Source of the DNA: Squalus acanthias
Taxonomy: Eukaryota
Reading direction: 5' to 3'
Length of the DNA: 64,000 nucleotides
NCBI GenBank assembly: GCA_030390025.1
Contig: CM059431.1
Location: 108,812,001-108,876,000 of the forward strand
Both the position numbers and the translations under genes were made by a program. Below, piece by piece: positions 24,746 to 36,755 of the stretch. Each line of letters starts with the position of its first letter. Position 1 is the first letter of the stretch. The notes beneath the pieces were generated by a model that saw only the letters and a program-made list of their open reading frames with translations, did no database searches and was not told where the DNA came from.

Positions 24746-25812
24746 CGATCTCCGGGCGCAGGAGATCGTGGCACTCGTGGTTACCGCCGCCGCAATCCTC
24801 CACCTCAATTTTGCGGGCGTCGGTACTATCGCCGCGCCCGGTCGCTAAGCCGGTAGCGCCCCGTCAGCACCCCGTCAGCGCCCCCCGAAGGTGTTATCGG
24901 GAGGCGCTAAGGTACCGAATTTCTCCCCCCAACTGCTTTGACAATTTATCTTTAACTCTTTGCAAATGCACAAAGGAGAACATAAATCCTCAGCGTGTGG
25001 TTTAATTGTGTGGAAATTAACTCATGGCTCATCTTGTCCTTCTCCCTCTCCAATCATAAAGGTTTACCACACATTTTATTTACTGCCCCTTTAAAGTGAA
25101 CATTGCCAGAATGTGAATATGGGTTTATGATTTACAAACAGCATGGAAGAACAAGCTTCTATCGGACTCCCATAAGTGGTGAATTCCTAATATTTGAAGG
25201 GGGTTTGCTTTTGCTCAGTTGGTTCAGATAGTGTACAATCATTATCAAGCATTAATAGATATGCTGCATGTTATTCTAACTGTCATGAATGTGATTAACA
25301 TTTTACCTGCAGGCCTCTGCCAGTATTCCAATAGAATGCAAGTGGAAATGAAGGGAGTTGGTGAAAAGTTTTGTCCCTGTTAAAAATGTTACTATTTGAA
25401 ACCGTTATTAAGAGGTCATGCAGTAAAATATGCGACTCTGTCGTAACACACGACACTGAATGATTCCTCACTCATTTATAATCGCATGTGTCGCATGAAA
25501 ACAAGTAAATTTGGTTAATTAATACTGGGTATCACCTACTCTGTTCACTTAGGTAGTAATAAGGATGCACCCCTGTTTCTCACTAATGTTAATCCAAGTG
25601 CAGAGCATCGCAAAGGAATTTGTGAAATAAGCACAAATAACACAGGACTTTGAATTGGTTGGCTGCAGACATGAGTTGATATTATTGTGAAGTTGTGTCC
25701 TTCTAACCAATGTTTTCCCTTCTGGGCTCAGCAGAACTTTTGAGGTCAGGCATCTAGCAGTGGTCTCAGTTTTTCCAGGAACATAACCAATTTTTTATGA
25801 CGCTGGATATCC

Positions 25813-26137
25813 CCGAGATATCTGCGCTCCTCTAATTCTGCCCTCTTGAGCATCCCTGATTATAATCGCTCAGCCATTGGCGGTCGTGCCTTCAGCTGCC
25901 TAGGCCCTTAGCTCTGGAATTCCCTGCCTAAACCTCTCCGCCTCGCGACCTCCCTTTCCTCCTTTAAGACGCTTCTTAAATCCTACCTCTTTGACCCAGC
26001 CTTTGGTCACCTGCCCTAATTTATCCTTATGTGGATCGGTGTCAAAATTTTTGTCTTAAAATACTCCTGTGCAGCGCCATGGGATGTTTTACTATGTTAA
26101 AGGCGCTATATAAATATAAGTTGTTGTTGTTGTTGTT
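25813..26137 (+). mobile_element. L2 LINE 3' end
   Basis: GGRAFSCLGP.LWNSLP..SFKTLLKSYLF; tail AAAGGCGCTATATAAAT(GTT)n. Confidence 0.88.
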
Positions 26138-28263
26138 GAATAAGAGCCACAATGACCCTGAATGCAACTTTCAGGTACAGATGTGCGGAGCATGTCCCAC
26201 CCATTGGATCAGCTGTTGAGCAGCCTAACCAATGGTACGAAAAGGTCACTCAAAAAATGGCTGAAGAAATTTTTCATTGTTATTATTGTGGACCTGTGAA
26301 TAAACTCCGGCCTGCCGCCAGCCTATGCAAGGTCCCTGAGGAGATCACCTGACCCCCCAACTCTCTCCCTGGCCAGACCTACCAGCCTGCTCAGCCTTGG
26401 ATACAACCGAGATTTACCGCCCTCCGACAACCGGCGAGCTGCAGCAGGTTCAGACCACTCGACACTGGTTTCGGACACTCCACAGACCTCCCGCTCATTT
26501 CAGGCAGAAGTTGAAGATCACCCCCCCCCCCATGCTACCTGATTAGCTGAGGCGGTGCTTGTAGATAGTTTCCAGAACACACAACACAATCCTTCAAAAA
26601 TATGGAACGATCTTGTAAAACAATGGAAGCATGCGTGTGCGCGCGAGTGGGCAGTGAGATAGGAGGCCTATCATTGCGTCAGAACCATCCGCTTCTGTCG
26701 CCGAATGTTAACTCACTTCGCGACGTTCACAATGATCAATAACTTTCCTCGTCCTGTTCACAAGAACCCTTGCAATTGTAACCATTAGCAACTTAAATCA
26801 ATGAACCAAATTGACCTTGATAAAAAAAACAACCCTTGATATTGTGAAAAGCAATCATCATCTGAACTTCATTTTAAATCAACTTGAGCATTCTGCACAT
26901 TTGCAACATGATGGTGTTAGAAAGGATTGTTTCTTGTCTGTGGAAGGGACAGGCTTGATAGGCCATCCTATTCCACGCTTTATATGTTTATTTATATTGA
27001 TTAAATCTATTTGTAGGCTTATCATTAATATCGCTGTATAAAAGTGTGCATCTTAACTCTCTACTGTACAGAATATACGGTACACAAATGGAAAATGCCA
27101 GTGTTACACTTGCTTGAAAAATGTGAGCAAGTGTACATCACTCATACACAATTTAGCATTTGCCTTTAAAATAAGCAGGTTAAAGCCTTCAGACAGCTAG
27201 TGGGCAAATATATTTCCTACAAAGACACTAATGCATTTTGTTCCCAATGTTGCCCAGACTGATTCACCCACCAAGTGTTTCATTTTCATTTAGTCACCAA
27301 CATAGCGGCAGCTTTGCAAAAAATGTGCTTTAAAAACTTTAAGAATGGAACAAATGCAGTACAGGATTCCGAGCTGAAGCTGCAGTACACAGAAGGTTCA
27401 GGGGAGATTGTGAAGGTTGAGTTACTCCCCAGTGAAGTCGCTTGAGATTTCAGCAAGCTGGGTCCCGATTGTACAAGCTTGTTCTTTGCTGAATTAAAAT
27501 ATGTTTTTTTTTCCAAAGCTTCCCAATTATATAAGCTATCGCAAGTCACCAAAGTGGCCTTTTTCTGGCCAGAAAAACCTTTTTATGTCACTCATCATTT
27601 TGTGAACTCTCCTCCCGTTCTCCTTCTCCCACTCTTACTCCCGACAGTATCGATTTTTGGCCCTTGTGTGTCAAGATGTGTTGAACATTTATCAGCGAAT
27701 GTACAAATACACTGCTTCCATCGTGCGGCTAAGCGTGCTTACGACCAGATCGCTTTGTCTAGGGGAACCTCTGGTCCCAAAGAGATGTTCGATAAACTGA
27801 TCCTTTGAAAACCACACTTGAACTTTCTTTAATTATAATGTTGATGATGGAAAATATATGGCAAGATGTATAATGATAGAAAGTGGTATTGTTTTATAAT
27901 ACTACAATCCTGACATCGTTCTGCACTTATCATCAGGTGTACAGCGGTAAAGAGGCTTTTGGCAAAGGAAACCATCCGAGCTAGTGAAAATCTAAGGGCC
28001 CTGGATCAAGAACAAGCCTAAGGGCCTCTAGAGTGAGGAGGAGATTTTCAAGTTGCGGCCTAAATGGCTCAAAGTGAGCAGGGTGACCAAGTCACTCGCC
28101 TGATGGCATCAGCGGGAGGCACAAACCATTTTCAGGTTTGTGACTTGCATAAATATAATGGGCGCGTTGTTAGGGTGAATTGTGCTGGTAATTGGACAGC
28201 TCGCCCATTGGGTGGGGAGGGAGGGCCGGCGGGGGAGGGAATTTGTGGTGGGCCTGATGTCAC

Positions 28264-28578
28264 AGAATCCCAGAATCCCCACAGTGCAGATAGAGTCCAT
28301 TTCGGCCCATCGAGCCTGCACCGACACATATCCCACCCTATCCCCGTAACCCCACGTATTTAATCCCCCCTAACACTAAGGGTCAATTTATCATAGCCAA
28401 ATCAACCTAACCCGCACATCTTTGGACTGTGGGAGGAAACCGGAGCACCCGGAGGAAACCCACGCAGACACGGGGAGAATGTGCAAACTCCACACAGACA
28501 GTCACCCAAGGCCGGATTCGAATCCGGGTCCCTGGCGCTGTGAGGCAACAGTGCTAACCACTATGCCACCGCGTTGCC
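28264..28578 (-). mobile_element. V-SINE (HE1-like): tRNA head, V domain, CR1-type tail
   Basis: GGCATAGTGGTTAGCAC..GGATTCGAATCC; GGAGTTTGCACATTCTCCCCGTGTCTGCGTGGGTTTCCTCCGGGTGCTCCGGTTTCCTCCCAC; GTCAC on both flanks. Confidence 0.9.
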
Positions 28579-29183
28579 GTCACTTCCAGCTAGCCTGCAC
28601 CTCTTAAAGGGGAGGGGCACTGTTCATTGTGGAGCTCAACCATAGGGTGTTTCTGCAACAATGTCCACTGGGAGCGTGCTCTGATTTTCTGATCGTGCCC
28701 TGGAGGTTTTAATGCGAGAGGAAGAATATCCTCTTCCCATCAGATGGAAGAAAGGTGCCCCACCACACTGTCGGGCAAGGATGTTTGGAGGTGTTTAGTG
28801 CAAGAGGTTGAAACCTTCAGGCCTGTAAGTAGTACAAGAAAAAGTTCAATGACCTGACCCGGGCTGTTAAGGTAAGGCTGCTGTTCACATTCCTGTTGTC
28901 ATTGTCAGCACAACCCTGCATCACTTTGCTGTAACTGCAGCACTGAAAAGGTCCCCCTCCTCCACTTTGCATTCCTCTCATCCAATCATTCAGTGCCCAT
29001 CCCCCTGCTGCCACTTCCAAACTCTGCCACTGCTTTAACAATTAATGCCCTCTCTTGCACACACCTGATGCTGCTTCAGTGTCAGCTCTGGCTCAGTGGG
29101 TAACAATCTTTGCCTCTGGGTCAGAAGGTTGTGGGTTCAAGTCCCACTCCAGGGACGTTGAGCACATAAAGCTAGGTTAACAC

Positions 29184-29778
29184 GATAGCAAAATACTGCG
29201 GATGCTGGAAATCCGAAATAACAACAGAAAACGCTGGAAAAACTCAGCAGGCCAGGCAGCATCCGTGGAGAGAGAAAGAGAGTTAACGTTTCAGGTCGAT
29301 GACCTTTCATCAGAACTGGGAAGAGCCGGAAATCAAATAGATTTAAGGCCAGGGTAAAGCTGGGAAAAGGGGGAGGGGATAAAGGAACAAAGGTGGAGAT
29401 GAAGAGACATTAAGAGACATTAAGAGATATGCAAGGCTAGAGGTGGTGTTAATGTGACAGATTAAGGCTGAATGAAGTGTGAAATCCACTGGCAGAATGA
29501 AGGACAGCTGCCAGCTTCTAGGAGGAAAAAAAAGGTGGGGGGGGAACAAATAAAAGGGTGGATAAAATAAAATATAAATGTGATTGGAGCTGAGGTTATG
29601 ATCTAAAATTGTTGAACTCGATATTGAGTCCAGAGGGCTGTAGCGTGCCTAAACGAAAGATGAGGTGCTGTTCCTCGAGCTTACGCTGAGCTTCCGTGGA
29701 ACAGTGTAATAGGCCGAGGACGGTGAGGTCAGAGTGGGAGTGAAGCGGTGAATTAAAGTGACAGGCCACCGGGAGCTC
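29184..29778 (-). mobile_element. Penelope-like retroelement 3' fragment (GIY-YIG C-terminal region plus terminal repeat), 9-bp TSD
   Basis: LPVACHFNSPLHSHSDLTVLGL..RKLEEQHLIFRLGTLQPSGLNIEF; GGTTAACAC at 29175-29183 and 29779-29787. Confidence 0.9.
29281..29317 (-). ncRNA. Minimal type I hammerhead ribozyme motif
   Basis: AGTT-CTGATGA-A-AGGTC-atc-GACCT-GAAA-CGTT-AACT. Confidence 0.78.
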
Positions 29779-30301
29779 GGTTAACACTCCAGTGACAGCG
29801 CTGAGGGAGTGCTGCACTGTCGGAGGTGCTGTCTTTCGGATGAGACATTTCAACCGAGGCCCCGTCTGCTCCTTTCAGGTGGACAGAAAGGATCACATGG
29901 CACTATTTCGAAGAAGAGCAGGGGAGTTCTCTCTGGTGTCCTGGCCAATATTTATCCCTCAATCAACATAACAAAAACAGATTATCTGGTCATTATCACA
30001 TTGCTGTTTGTGGGACCTTGCTGTGCGCAAATTGGCTGCTGTGTTTCCTACATTACAACAGTGACTACACTCCAAAAGTACTTCATTGGCTGTAAAGCGC
30101 TTTGAGATGTCCGGTGGTTGTGAAAGGCGCTATATAAATGCAAGTCTTTCTTTCTTTTTCTTCATAGCACCAGCTAAATTATTGAACCCTCACACACAGA
30201 TGTTCACAACTCTTCTGCACAAAACTACGTAACATACTCCCTTTCCTCTTACAGGACAGACTTGCACACAATGACAAGGAGAGGATTAGGAAACCATCCT
30301 T

Positions 30302-30466
30302 TACATAGAATTACATCGAATTTACACCACAGAAACAGGCCATTTGGCCCAACTGGTCCATGCCAGTGTTTATCCTCCACACAAGCCTCTTCCCTCCTAA
30401 CTTCATCTCACCCTATCAGCATACATTCCTATTCCTTTCTCCCTCATGTACTTATCTAGCTTCCCC
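30302..30466 (-). mobile_element. CR1 3' end
   Basis: GKLDKYMREKGI; same UTR as 5784-5950. Confidence 0.85.
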
Positions 30467-30998
30467 CGCAAGGCACATTTCAAGTCCTCACATCTGCAGC
30501 CACAGATATCCTGAGCAGAGGGAGAACATGAGCAGTTGCAGATGGCAAGCCAGGAGGAAACGTGCCACAGGGTGCTTGGCCCCACAACCATGCTTTTCTC
30601 TTATCACCAAACTATCCCCCCCGTCACTCAATCTGCCTCACAGCCTGGCACTGCATCGAGCGACCGAGCATTTGCAACGAGATACAATTGCCTCTAGCTA
30701 CTAACCATTCTCTCAGTCGCCTCTTCCCTGGTTCTGCAGATGTCACGCATATTTTTGACGGTAAAATGGGCATCTGCGAGTCGAAATCCCTCCCCACCGA
30801 GTCTTTTGGCCAAGATGACATTCATGTGGCGTTTCAGAGTGACTACCAATCTGTGGGCTGTCATGATGCAAGCCTAAGGGCCTGGTGATGTGTGCCAAAG
30901 GACTGGAAGAATGCACAAGTCTGCAAGCTGGGGAGTAAAGGGTTTGGAGGCCAGCGCTGAACTAATTGGCAAGAAGCAATGATTGCCGCACATACACC

Positions 30999-31091
30999 AC
31001 AGTCATAGAAGTTCATCTTGGGACAATTAAGTCCAGAGGGAAAAGTTTTCCCTCAAGACTTAATTGTCCCAAGATTAATTTCTGCCACTGT
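30999..31091. repeat. Near-perfect ~90-bp palindrome
   Basis: ATCTTGGGACAATTAAGTC-ca-GAGGGAAAA-g-TTTTCCCTC-aa-GACTTAATTGTCCCAAGAT. Confidence 0.9.
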
Positions 31092-32212
31092 ATTAGAAAT
31101 TAATGTTTCTTTACTATTTATTTTTTAAGGTACTGTGGGAGGTAGTTGGACAGATGGCAGTGGCCTGGTCTGTCCCACTTCTGCTTAAAACTGCCACAGC
31201 AAGGTAGTCTTCATTAATCTAATAGATAAAGCACTGGTGTACCAACTGAACTAAAGAGCATAGATACTCACCAAAACAAAAAACAATCACCACACTATAA
31301 TTTCCTTGTTAACATGACAGCCAAAGAATATGCATACTGAGCCAAGCTATGCTTTCAAGCATCTCAAAACGTTCTTCAATAAAAATACGCAAAAGCCATT
31401 CCATAAATTGCCGCGAATGTGATTGGTGAACGTTTTTGCTGCTTGAAGGAAGCAATATCTGCTCGTTATATCAATGGCATTCAAAATCAGCAAGTGGAGA
31501 TTAGCTTTGAAAGCCAGAGAAACATCTGGCTCGCATTCACCTTGGCTCATTACATTTAAAGAGGACAGCTTTTTACCCTGTTCAGAGCAAAGTAAAAGTT
31601 GTTTGCAATGATGCGTGCATTTGTAAACGAGGCTTTTCCCTCGGCAGGCAACGTCTAAGTAAAAATCACATTCTCTTCGAGAAGCTTTAAATCCTTGAAG
31701 AACAGTCTCTTTTCCCTTACTGGCACATTGAGAGAAAAAGAGAAAGAGAAAGAGAACGAGAAATAAAAGGCTGAAGAAGCAACAGCACATTAAAACTAGA
31801 TCAACGAGAGTGGCAATAGTTCCGTGTCATAGATCAGAATTATTTTCTTTTAAGAACCTTCTTCTGTAACAAGCATTTCTAAGGGTAGATCAGCAATAAT
31901 GCTGGAAGTGGAAGAGACTTTGAGAGACCAGATTGGAAACTTTACATTTTAACCCTTTGTCCTTCAAACAGTGTGTCAACGCTTATTACTTCTGTTCTGT
32001 AATTCATATGAGCATTTATTATTCGGATTTATATTGGGATAATTTTAGAAAACTGTGCCCCCAGGGAGGAGCCTCCAGGACCGGGTATCAGGGATTTGGG
32101 CACAGACCCATCACTTTCTGCCCATTTAGATTGGAAAATTGTGGGGAGCAAGTGTTTGAACTCTCAAAATGCATTTTCAGCAGCAAAGCATGATTTCGTA
32201 AACTTACCACAC

Positions 32213-32539
32213 AGAGAAACTGTTTCCACTGGCAGGAGGGTCGGTAACCAGAGGACACAGATTTAAAATAATTGGCAAAAAAGAGCCAGAGGGGAGATGA
32301 GGAGAATTTGTTTTTACACAACGAGTTGTTGTGATCTGGAATGCACTGCCTGAAAGGGAGGTGGAAGTGGATTGGATAGTAACTTTCAAAATCAACGTGG
32401 ATAAATGCTTGAAAAGGTGAAATTTGCAGGACTACGGGGAAAGAGCAGGGGGGGAGTGGGACTAATTGGAGAGCTCTTTCAAAGAGCCGGCACAGGCACG
32501 ACAGGCCGAATGGCCTCCTTCTGTGCTGTAAGATTCTAT
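32213..32539 (+). mobile_element. CR1 3' end; tail continues at 33433-33450
   Basis: EKLFPLAGGSVTRGHRFK..FTQRVVVIWNALP; ATTCTAT tail. Confidence 0.88.
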
Positions 32540-33432
32540 GGGGGAAAAATTCAGTCGCGCCCCATTTGGGGCGCAAATATTGGCCGGGCGCAAAGATTAG
32601 CGCCTGGCGCTAATTATCGCCACCGACTGCAAACTTCACTTTTATCGCCCCTGGAGGTGATTGCAGCGCTAAATCAGGCGCTTCACCCCTGTCTTAAGGC
32701 GCAAAGGCCGAGGAGCGAGGCGCTACCTCAGAGCGCTGGCGAAGCTCATGTAATGTCAGTCAGCAATGGAACACACACACAATGGCATGGGCCAGTTCTT
32801 AAAGGGGATGGTTAATCTTGCTTTCCATCCACATCCTGCTCATTGCAGCCTTGAATCTCGGCCTGGAGAGACCTGCACATCAAATCTGCTGGAAAGAACA
32901 ATGGAGAGTACCAGGCCAAGAGCTCAGAGTGCAGCCCCCACAGTCTCTGCTAAATCGATACAAGGAATGGCAAATCAAAATGAACCTGCAAAGTGCTGCT
33001 CAGTACCCAAAACTCCTTCACACAACATTGAATCTCTCCAGAAGTCTCTACCTCTCTCTCTCAGAATGCGTAGTTCAAAAATGGCACCAACAATAAAAGG
33101 CAGGAAGTGTTCACCTTTAAATAGCGCTCCCCCTTTCCCTTCATGATTGCAGAACGCTCCCCTCAACCTGTCGTTGCTAGCGTCAGGCGGTATGGCAGGG
33201 GGCGCCACTCAATATCCGCTCCGGGGCGATACCGGGGCGTTGCGCACTCGAGTGACGTCATGATCTGCCATCGCAGGAGATCGTGGCGGTAGTGTTTAGC
33301 GCCGCCGCAAAATGTCTAGTTAATTTCGCGAGCGGCGCAAACTTCGCCGCGCCCGGGCGCTAGCTGCTTTGCGCCCCATTAGCGCCCTCTTAAGGCGCTA
33401 ATGGGAGGTGCAACCAACTGAATTTTTCCCCC
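32540..33432. mobile_element. Harbinger family-B non-autonomous element with TAT TSD
   Basis: Perfect 16-bp TIR GGGGGAAAAATTCAGT / ACTGAATTTTTCCCCC; 33100-33400 resembles 24600-24910. Confidence 0.92.
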
Positions 33433-34062
33433 TATGATCCTATAATTCTAGTGCCTCATTGTATTAAAATGTTTCAAAGTACTTCACAGAAGGAGTTATT
33501 TTGAAGGCAGTGACTTGTTATGTCGGTATAAATCTAAAGTGATGAAGGATTGAATTGTGCTGCGTTACATCGATCATGGCCCTAGTCTGTGGAATAATAC
33601 TACAACACTTAACGATGCTGGATTTGATTTAATCTTTTTTTTTAAACCACTAGCAATCCGTATATAAAAGTACAAGCATAAGTCCCATCAGAAGCATCTG
33701 AAACATTCAGGAGCAGCCAAATGTTCACACTCTTCTACAGACACTGTCAACTTTTTTAAAATCAATATTTAATCTCTGGTTCCACACCAGTTTTCACTGT
33801 GTCATAAATACTCCACTTCCCTCTCGCGTCTCTCAAATCCCCCTTGCTCCAACCCCGTGCTGCCAGAACAATCTCACTTTTCTTTGTCAATAATTACATT
33901 TTTCCTTAGCCAAACAAGTCTCTCTTGCAAGTGCCAGAAGATCCCTTAATCTCACTGCAAGCCTGCTCACCGCACATATTCCGAACCCCCAATGATATAG
34001 GTTCTTCCTCGCTGGTACAAACCATTGATTTTACGCAACTAATCCGCCTATTAAGTCCCTTA

Positions 34063-34475
34063 CGAGACTCCCAAAACAAGCGCTCTACTCGGAGCTCCAA
34101 CACGGCAAGACAGCCCTACGTGGGCAGAGGAAACGCATCAAGGACACCCTCAAAGCCTCCTTGGAAAAAGTGCAACATCCCCACCGACACCTGGGAATCC
34201 CTGGCCCCAAGACCGCACAAAGTGGAGGAGAAGCCCATCTAGGAAGGCGCCGAACACCTTGAGTCTCTTCGCCGGGAGCAAGCGGAAGCCAAGCGCAAAC
34301 AGCGGAAGGAGCGCACGTCAACCCAAGCACCCCACCCACCCACCCCTTCAACCACCGTCTGCCCCACCTGTGACAGAGACTGTAGGTCCCGCATTGGACT
34401 CATCAGTCACCTGAGAACTCATTTTTAATGTGGAAGCAAGTCATCCTCGGTTCCGAGGGACTGCCTAAGAAGAAG
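34063..34475 (+). mobile_element. RTE-clade LINE 3' end with 10-bp TSD
   Basis: RLPKQALYSEL..GQRKRIKDTLKASL..TDTWESLA, C-terminal CPTC..C..H..H; (AAG)n tail; AAGTCCCTTA at 34053 and 34476. Confidence 0.88.
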
Positions 34476-34494
34476 AAGTCCCTTAATATTTCTT

Positions 34495-35080
34495 ACAACA
34501 ACAACAGCAACTTGCATTTATATAGCACCTTTAACATAGCAAAATGTCTCACAGTGCTTCACAAGAGTGATTATCAATAAAAACATTTTGGGCACAGAGC
34601 CACACAAGGAGACATCAGGACAGATGACCAAAAACTTGGTCAAAGAGGTAGGTTTTAAGGAGCATCTTAAAGGAGGAGAGAGAGGTGGAGATTTAGGGAG
34701 GGAATCCCAGAGCTTAGGGCCGAGGGAGCTGAAAGCCCAGCCGCCAATGGTGGAGCGATTAAAATTGGGGATGTGCAAGAGGCCAGAATTGGAGGAGCGC
34801 AGAGATCTCGAATGGTTGTAGGGCTGGATGAGTTTACAGAGATAGGGAGAGGCGGGGTCATGGAGGGATTTGAAAGCAAGGAAATTGAGGCATTGTCAGA
34901 CCGGGAACCAGTGTCGGTCAGCAAGCACAGGGGTGATGGGTGAATGAAAATTGATGCCAGTGAAGATACGGGCAGCAGAGTTTTGGATGAGCACAAAGTT
35001 TTGTAGGGTGGAAGATGGGAGGCCGGCCAGGAGTGCATTGGAATAGTCAAGTCTAGAGGTAACAAAGGCATGGATTAGGG
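34495..35080 (-). mobile_element. L2 LINE 3' fragment
   Basis: IGGWAFSSLGPKLWDSLP; (GTT)n tail. Confidence 0.88.
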
Positions 35081-35324
35081 TATGTTCATAAACAAAGCCA
35101 TATTCCTCATCTTCAGCAATGTCTGGTACTCCTTTAATTAACGTAAAGGTTGTGGTACATGAGTGTAAGAACTTTGCATATTTTTAACAATTTGTCAATG
35201 TTTAGTGCGATGTACTGCAATCTTACTCTCTACTAACATGTAACTTGTATTTACAAAGATTGTTATTAGATGCAACCATAATTAAAGGTGTTCTGCTGCA
35301 CAAACATGTCTACTTACACTGAAA

Positions 35325-35865
35325 TTCCACCCTACGTAAGCTTGAGGTCATCCAAAACTCAGCTGCCCGTGTCCTAACTCGCACCCCTAAGTCCTGTTCA
35401 CCCATCACCCCTGTGCTCGCTGACCTACATTGGCTCCTGGTTAAGCAGCGCCTCGATTTCAAAATTCTCATGCTTGTTTTCAAATCCCTCCCTAACTCTG
35501 TAATCTCCTGCAGCCCCACAAAGCACCCCCCCCCCCAACCCCGAGATATCTGCGCTCCCCTAATTCTGCCCTCCTGAGCATCCCTGATTATAATCGCTCA
35601 ACCTTTGGTGGCCATGCCTTCTGTTGCCTAGGCCCTAAGCTCTGGAATTCCCTGCCTAAACCTCTCCGCCCCGCTACCTCTCTTTCCTCCTTTAAGATGC
35701 TCCTTAAAACCTACCTCTTTGACCAAGCTTTTGGTCACCTGCCCTAATTTCTCCTTATGTGGATCGGTGTCAAATTTTTTGTCTTAAGATACTTCTGTGC
35801 AGCGCCTTGGGACGTTTTACTACGTTAAAGGTGCTATACAAATACAAGTTGTTGTTGTTGTTGTT
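35325..35865 (+). mobile_element. L2 LINE 3' fragment
   Basis: KLEVIQNSAARVLT..PITPVLADLHWL..FKILMLVFKSL; same tail as 25813-26137. Confidence 0.9.
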
Positions 35866-36429
35866 GAAAGCATCTAATTAATGGAAATCACTTGCTTCTC
35901 AAAACTGTATTGGAACGCATTTGCTTTTGAAGATAATGTCGTTTGTCTGCACAATTTTCTATTTCTTTTTTTACTTCTACGTTAATACGCTCCAATGTCA
36001 CTAGTCTGGCGATCGTGTGTTCCTGGCTGTAGGACTGAGAGGAACTTAAGCCTCAAGAATGAGGTCACTGCAACTCTTAAACACAAGCACAGAAGAGATA
36101 AAGATCTCCCATAGAAAAGTTGAGATATCTTGAAAATCAAACATGCTTTTTGGGTAATTGAGTTACATGAACTGCATTCTTTAGATCCATATGAAGTTTA
36201 ATTTGAGGGCCAGCAACATAAATTTCTATTTGTTCTTACATGGCCTGATTGGTTTGTTCTTCGGACCCAGAATCGAGGTTCTTAATGGGGCACTAGAGGT
36301 CAGGAAAGCCAGCGCAATTTAATTCCACCAGGTTCCCACTTGTTTTGCTTATTTTCAGACCACTGCCTGTCAATGATCTGCCTTTTCCTCAAGATGTTGA
36401 GTCCTTGTTGCATTATGGTTCCATAAGCA

Positions 36430-36755
36430 ATGGTCACCTTGTCCAAGTGGCTATTAATAAGGTGCGAGTCTTGATGAATGTTGGCAGGCTGTCAATGGGG
36501 GGCATTGTAACCAAACCAAATCTCGGCCTCACACAATATCCACTCATGTACTCTTCCAGCAATGATTGTTGAACACTGATCAGCAATGGGGCCCCGTGCC
36601 AATCGACCCTCCCTTCGGGGCATTTAGGGCAATTCTAATACCACTGCCCCAGCCGAGGTCAGCTAACTCAAGGCAGACTGGGGATCAAGCCATATAGAGA
36701 TTTGCCTGGATCAGATTCTCAGCAGCTAATCTCACTGAGCCATCAGCGTAGCCAA
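36430..36755 (-). mobile_element. Old SINE-like repeat; related fragment at ~47345-47525
   Basis: GGCTCAGTG head-like start, GCTTGATCCCCAGTCTG..GAGTTAGCTG shared in degenerate form. Confidence 0.45.

Larger units (their letters stand above)
21321..24930. mobile_element. Near full-length PIF/Harbinger transposon (family B), two convergent genes
   Basis: Perfect 18-bp inverted termini GGGGGGAGAAATTCGGTA / TACCGAATTTCTCCCCCC; flanks CAG/CAA if the TIR starts with five G; repeated TAGCGC/GCGCTA subterminal motifs. Confidence 0.93.
29079..30160 (+). mobile_element. Deu-domain SINE (SacSINE1-like) split by a Penelope-like insertion
   Basis: Head 29079-29183, body resumes 29779-30160. Confidence 0.88.
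28035..30795 (+). mobile_element. Old Harbinger element with Myb gene remnants, interrupted by four later insertions
   Basis: RFSD-like start near 28680, KKKFNDLTRAVK|GTAAGG near 28870, acceptor cttacAG|DRLAHNDKER near 30255; degenerate termini. Confidence 0.65.

Noticed and set aside
27610..27810. Possible host exon after a pyrimidine tract ending CAG at about 27648
   Set aside because: No recognisable protein in any frame and no clear donor; needs RNA evidence.
28500..28578. Functional tRNA genes here and at other A/B-box sites
   Set aside because: All are SINE heads continuing into SINE bodies.
31347..31790. 147-aa ORF with hydrophobic N-terminus
   Set aside because: The hydrophobic part comes from a CT-rich low-complexity tract; no recognisable domain or splice structure.
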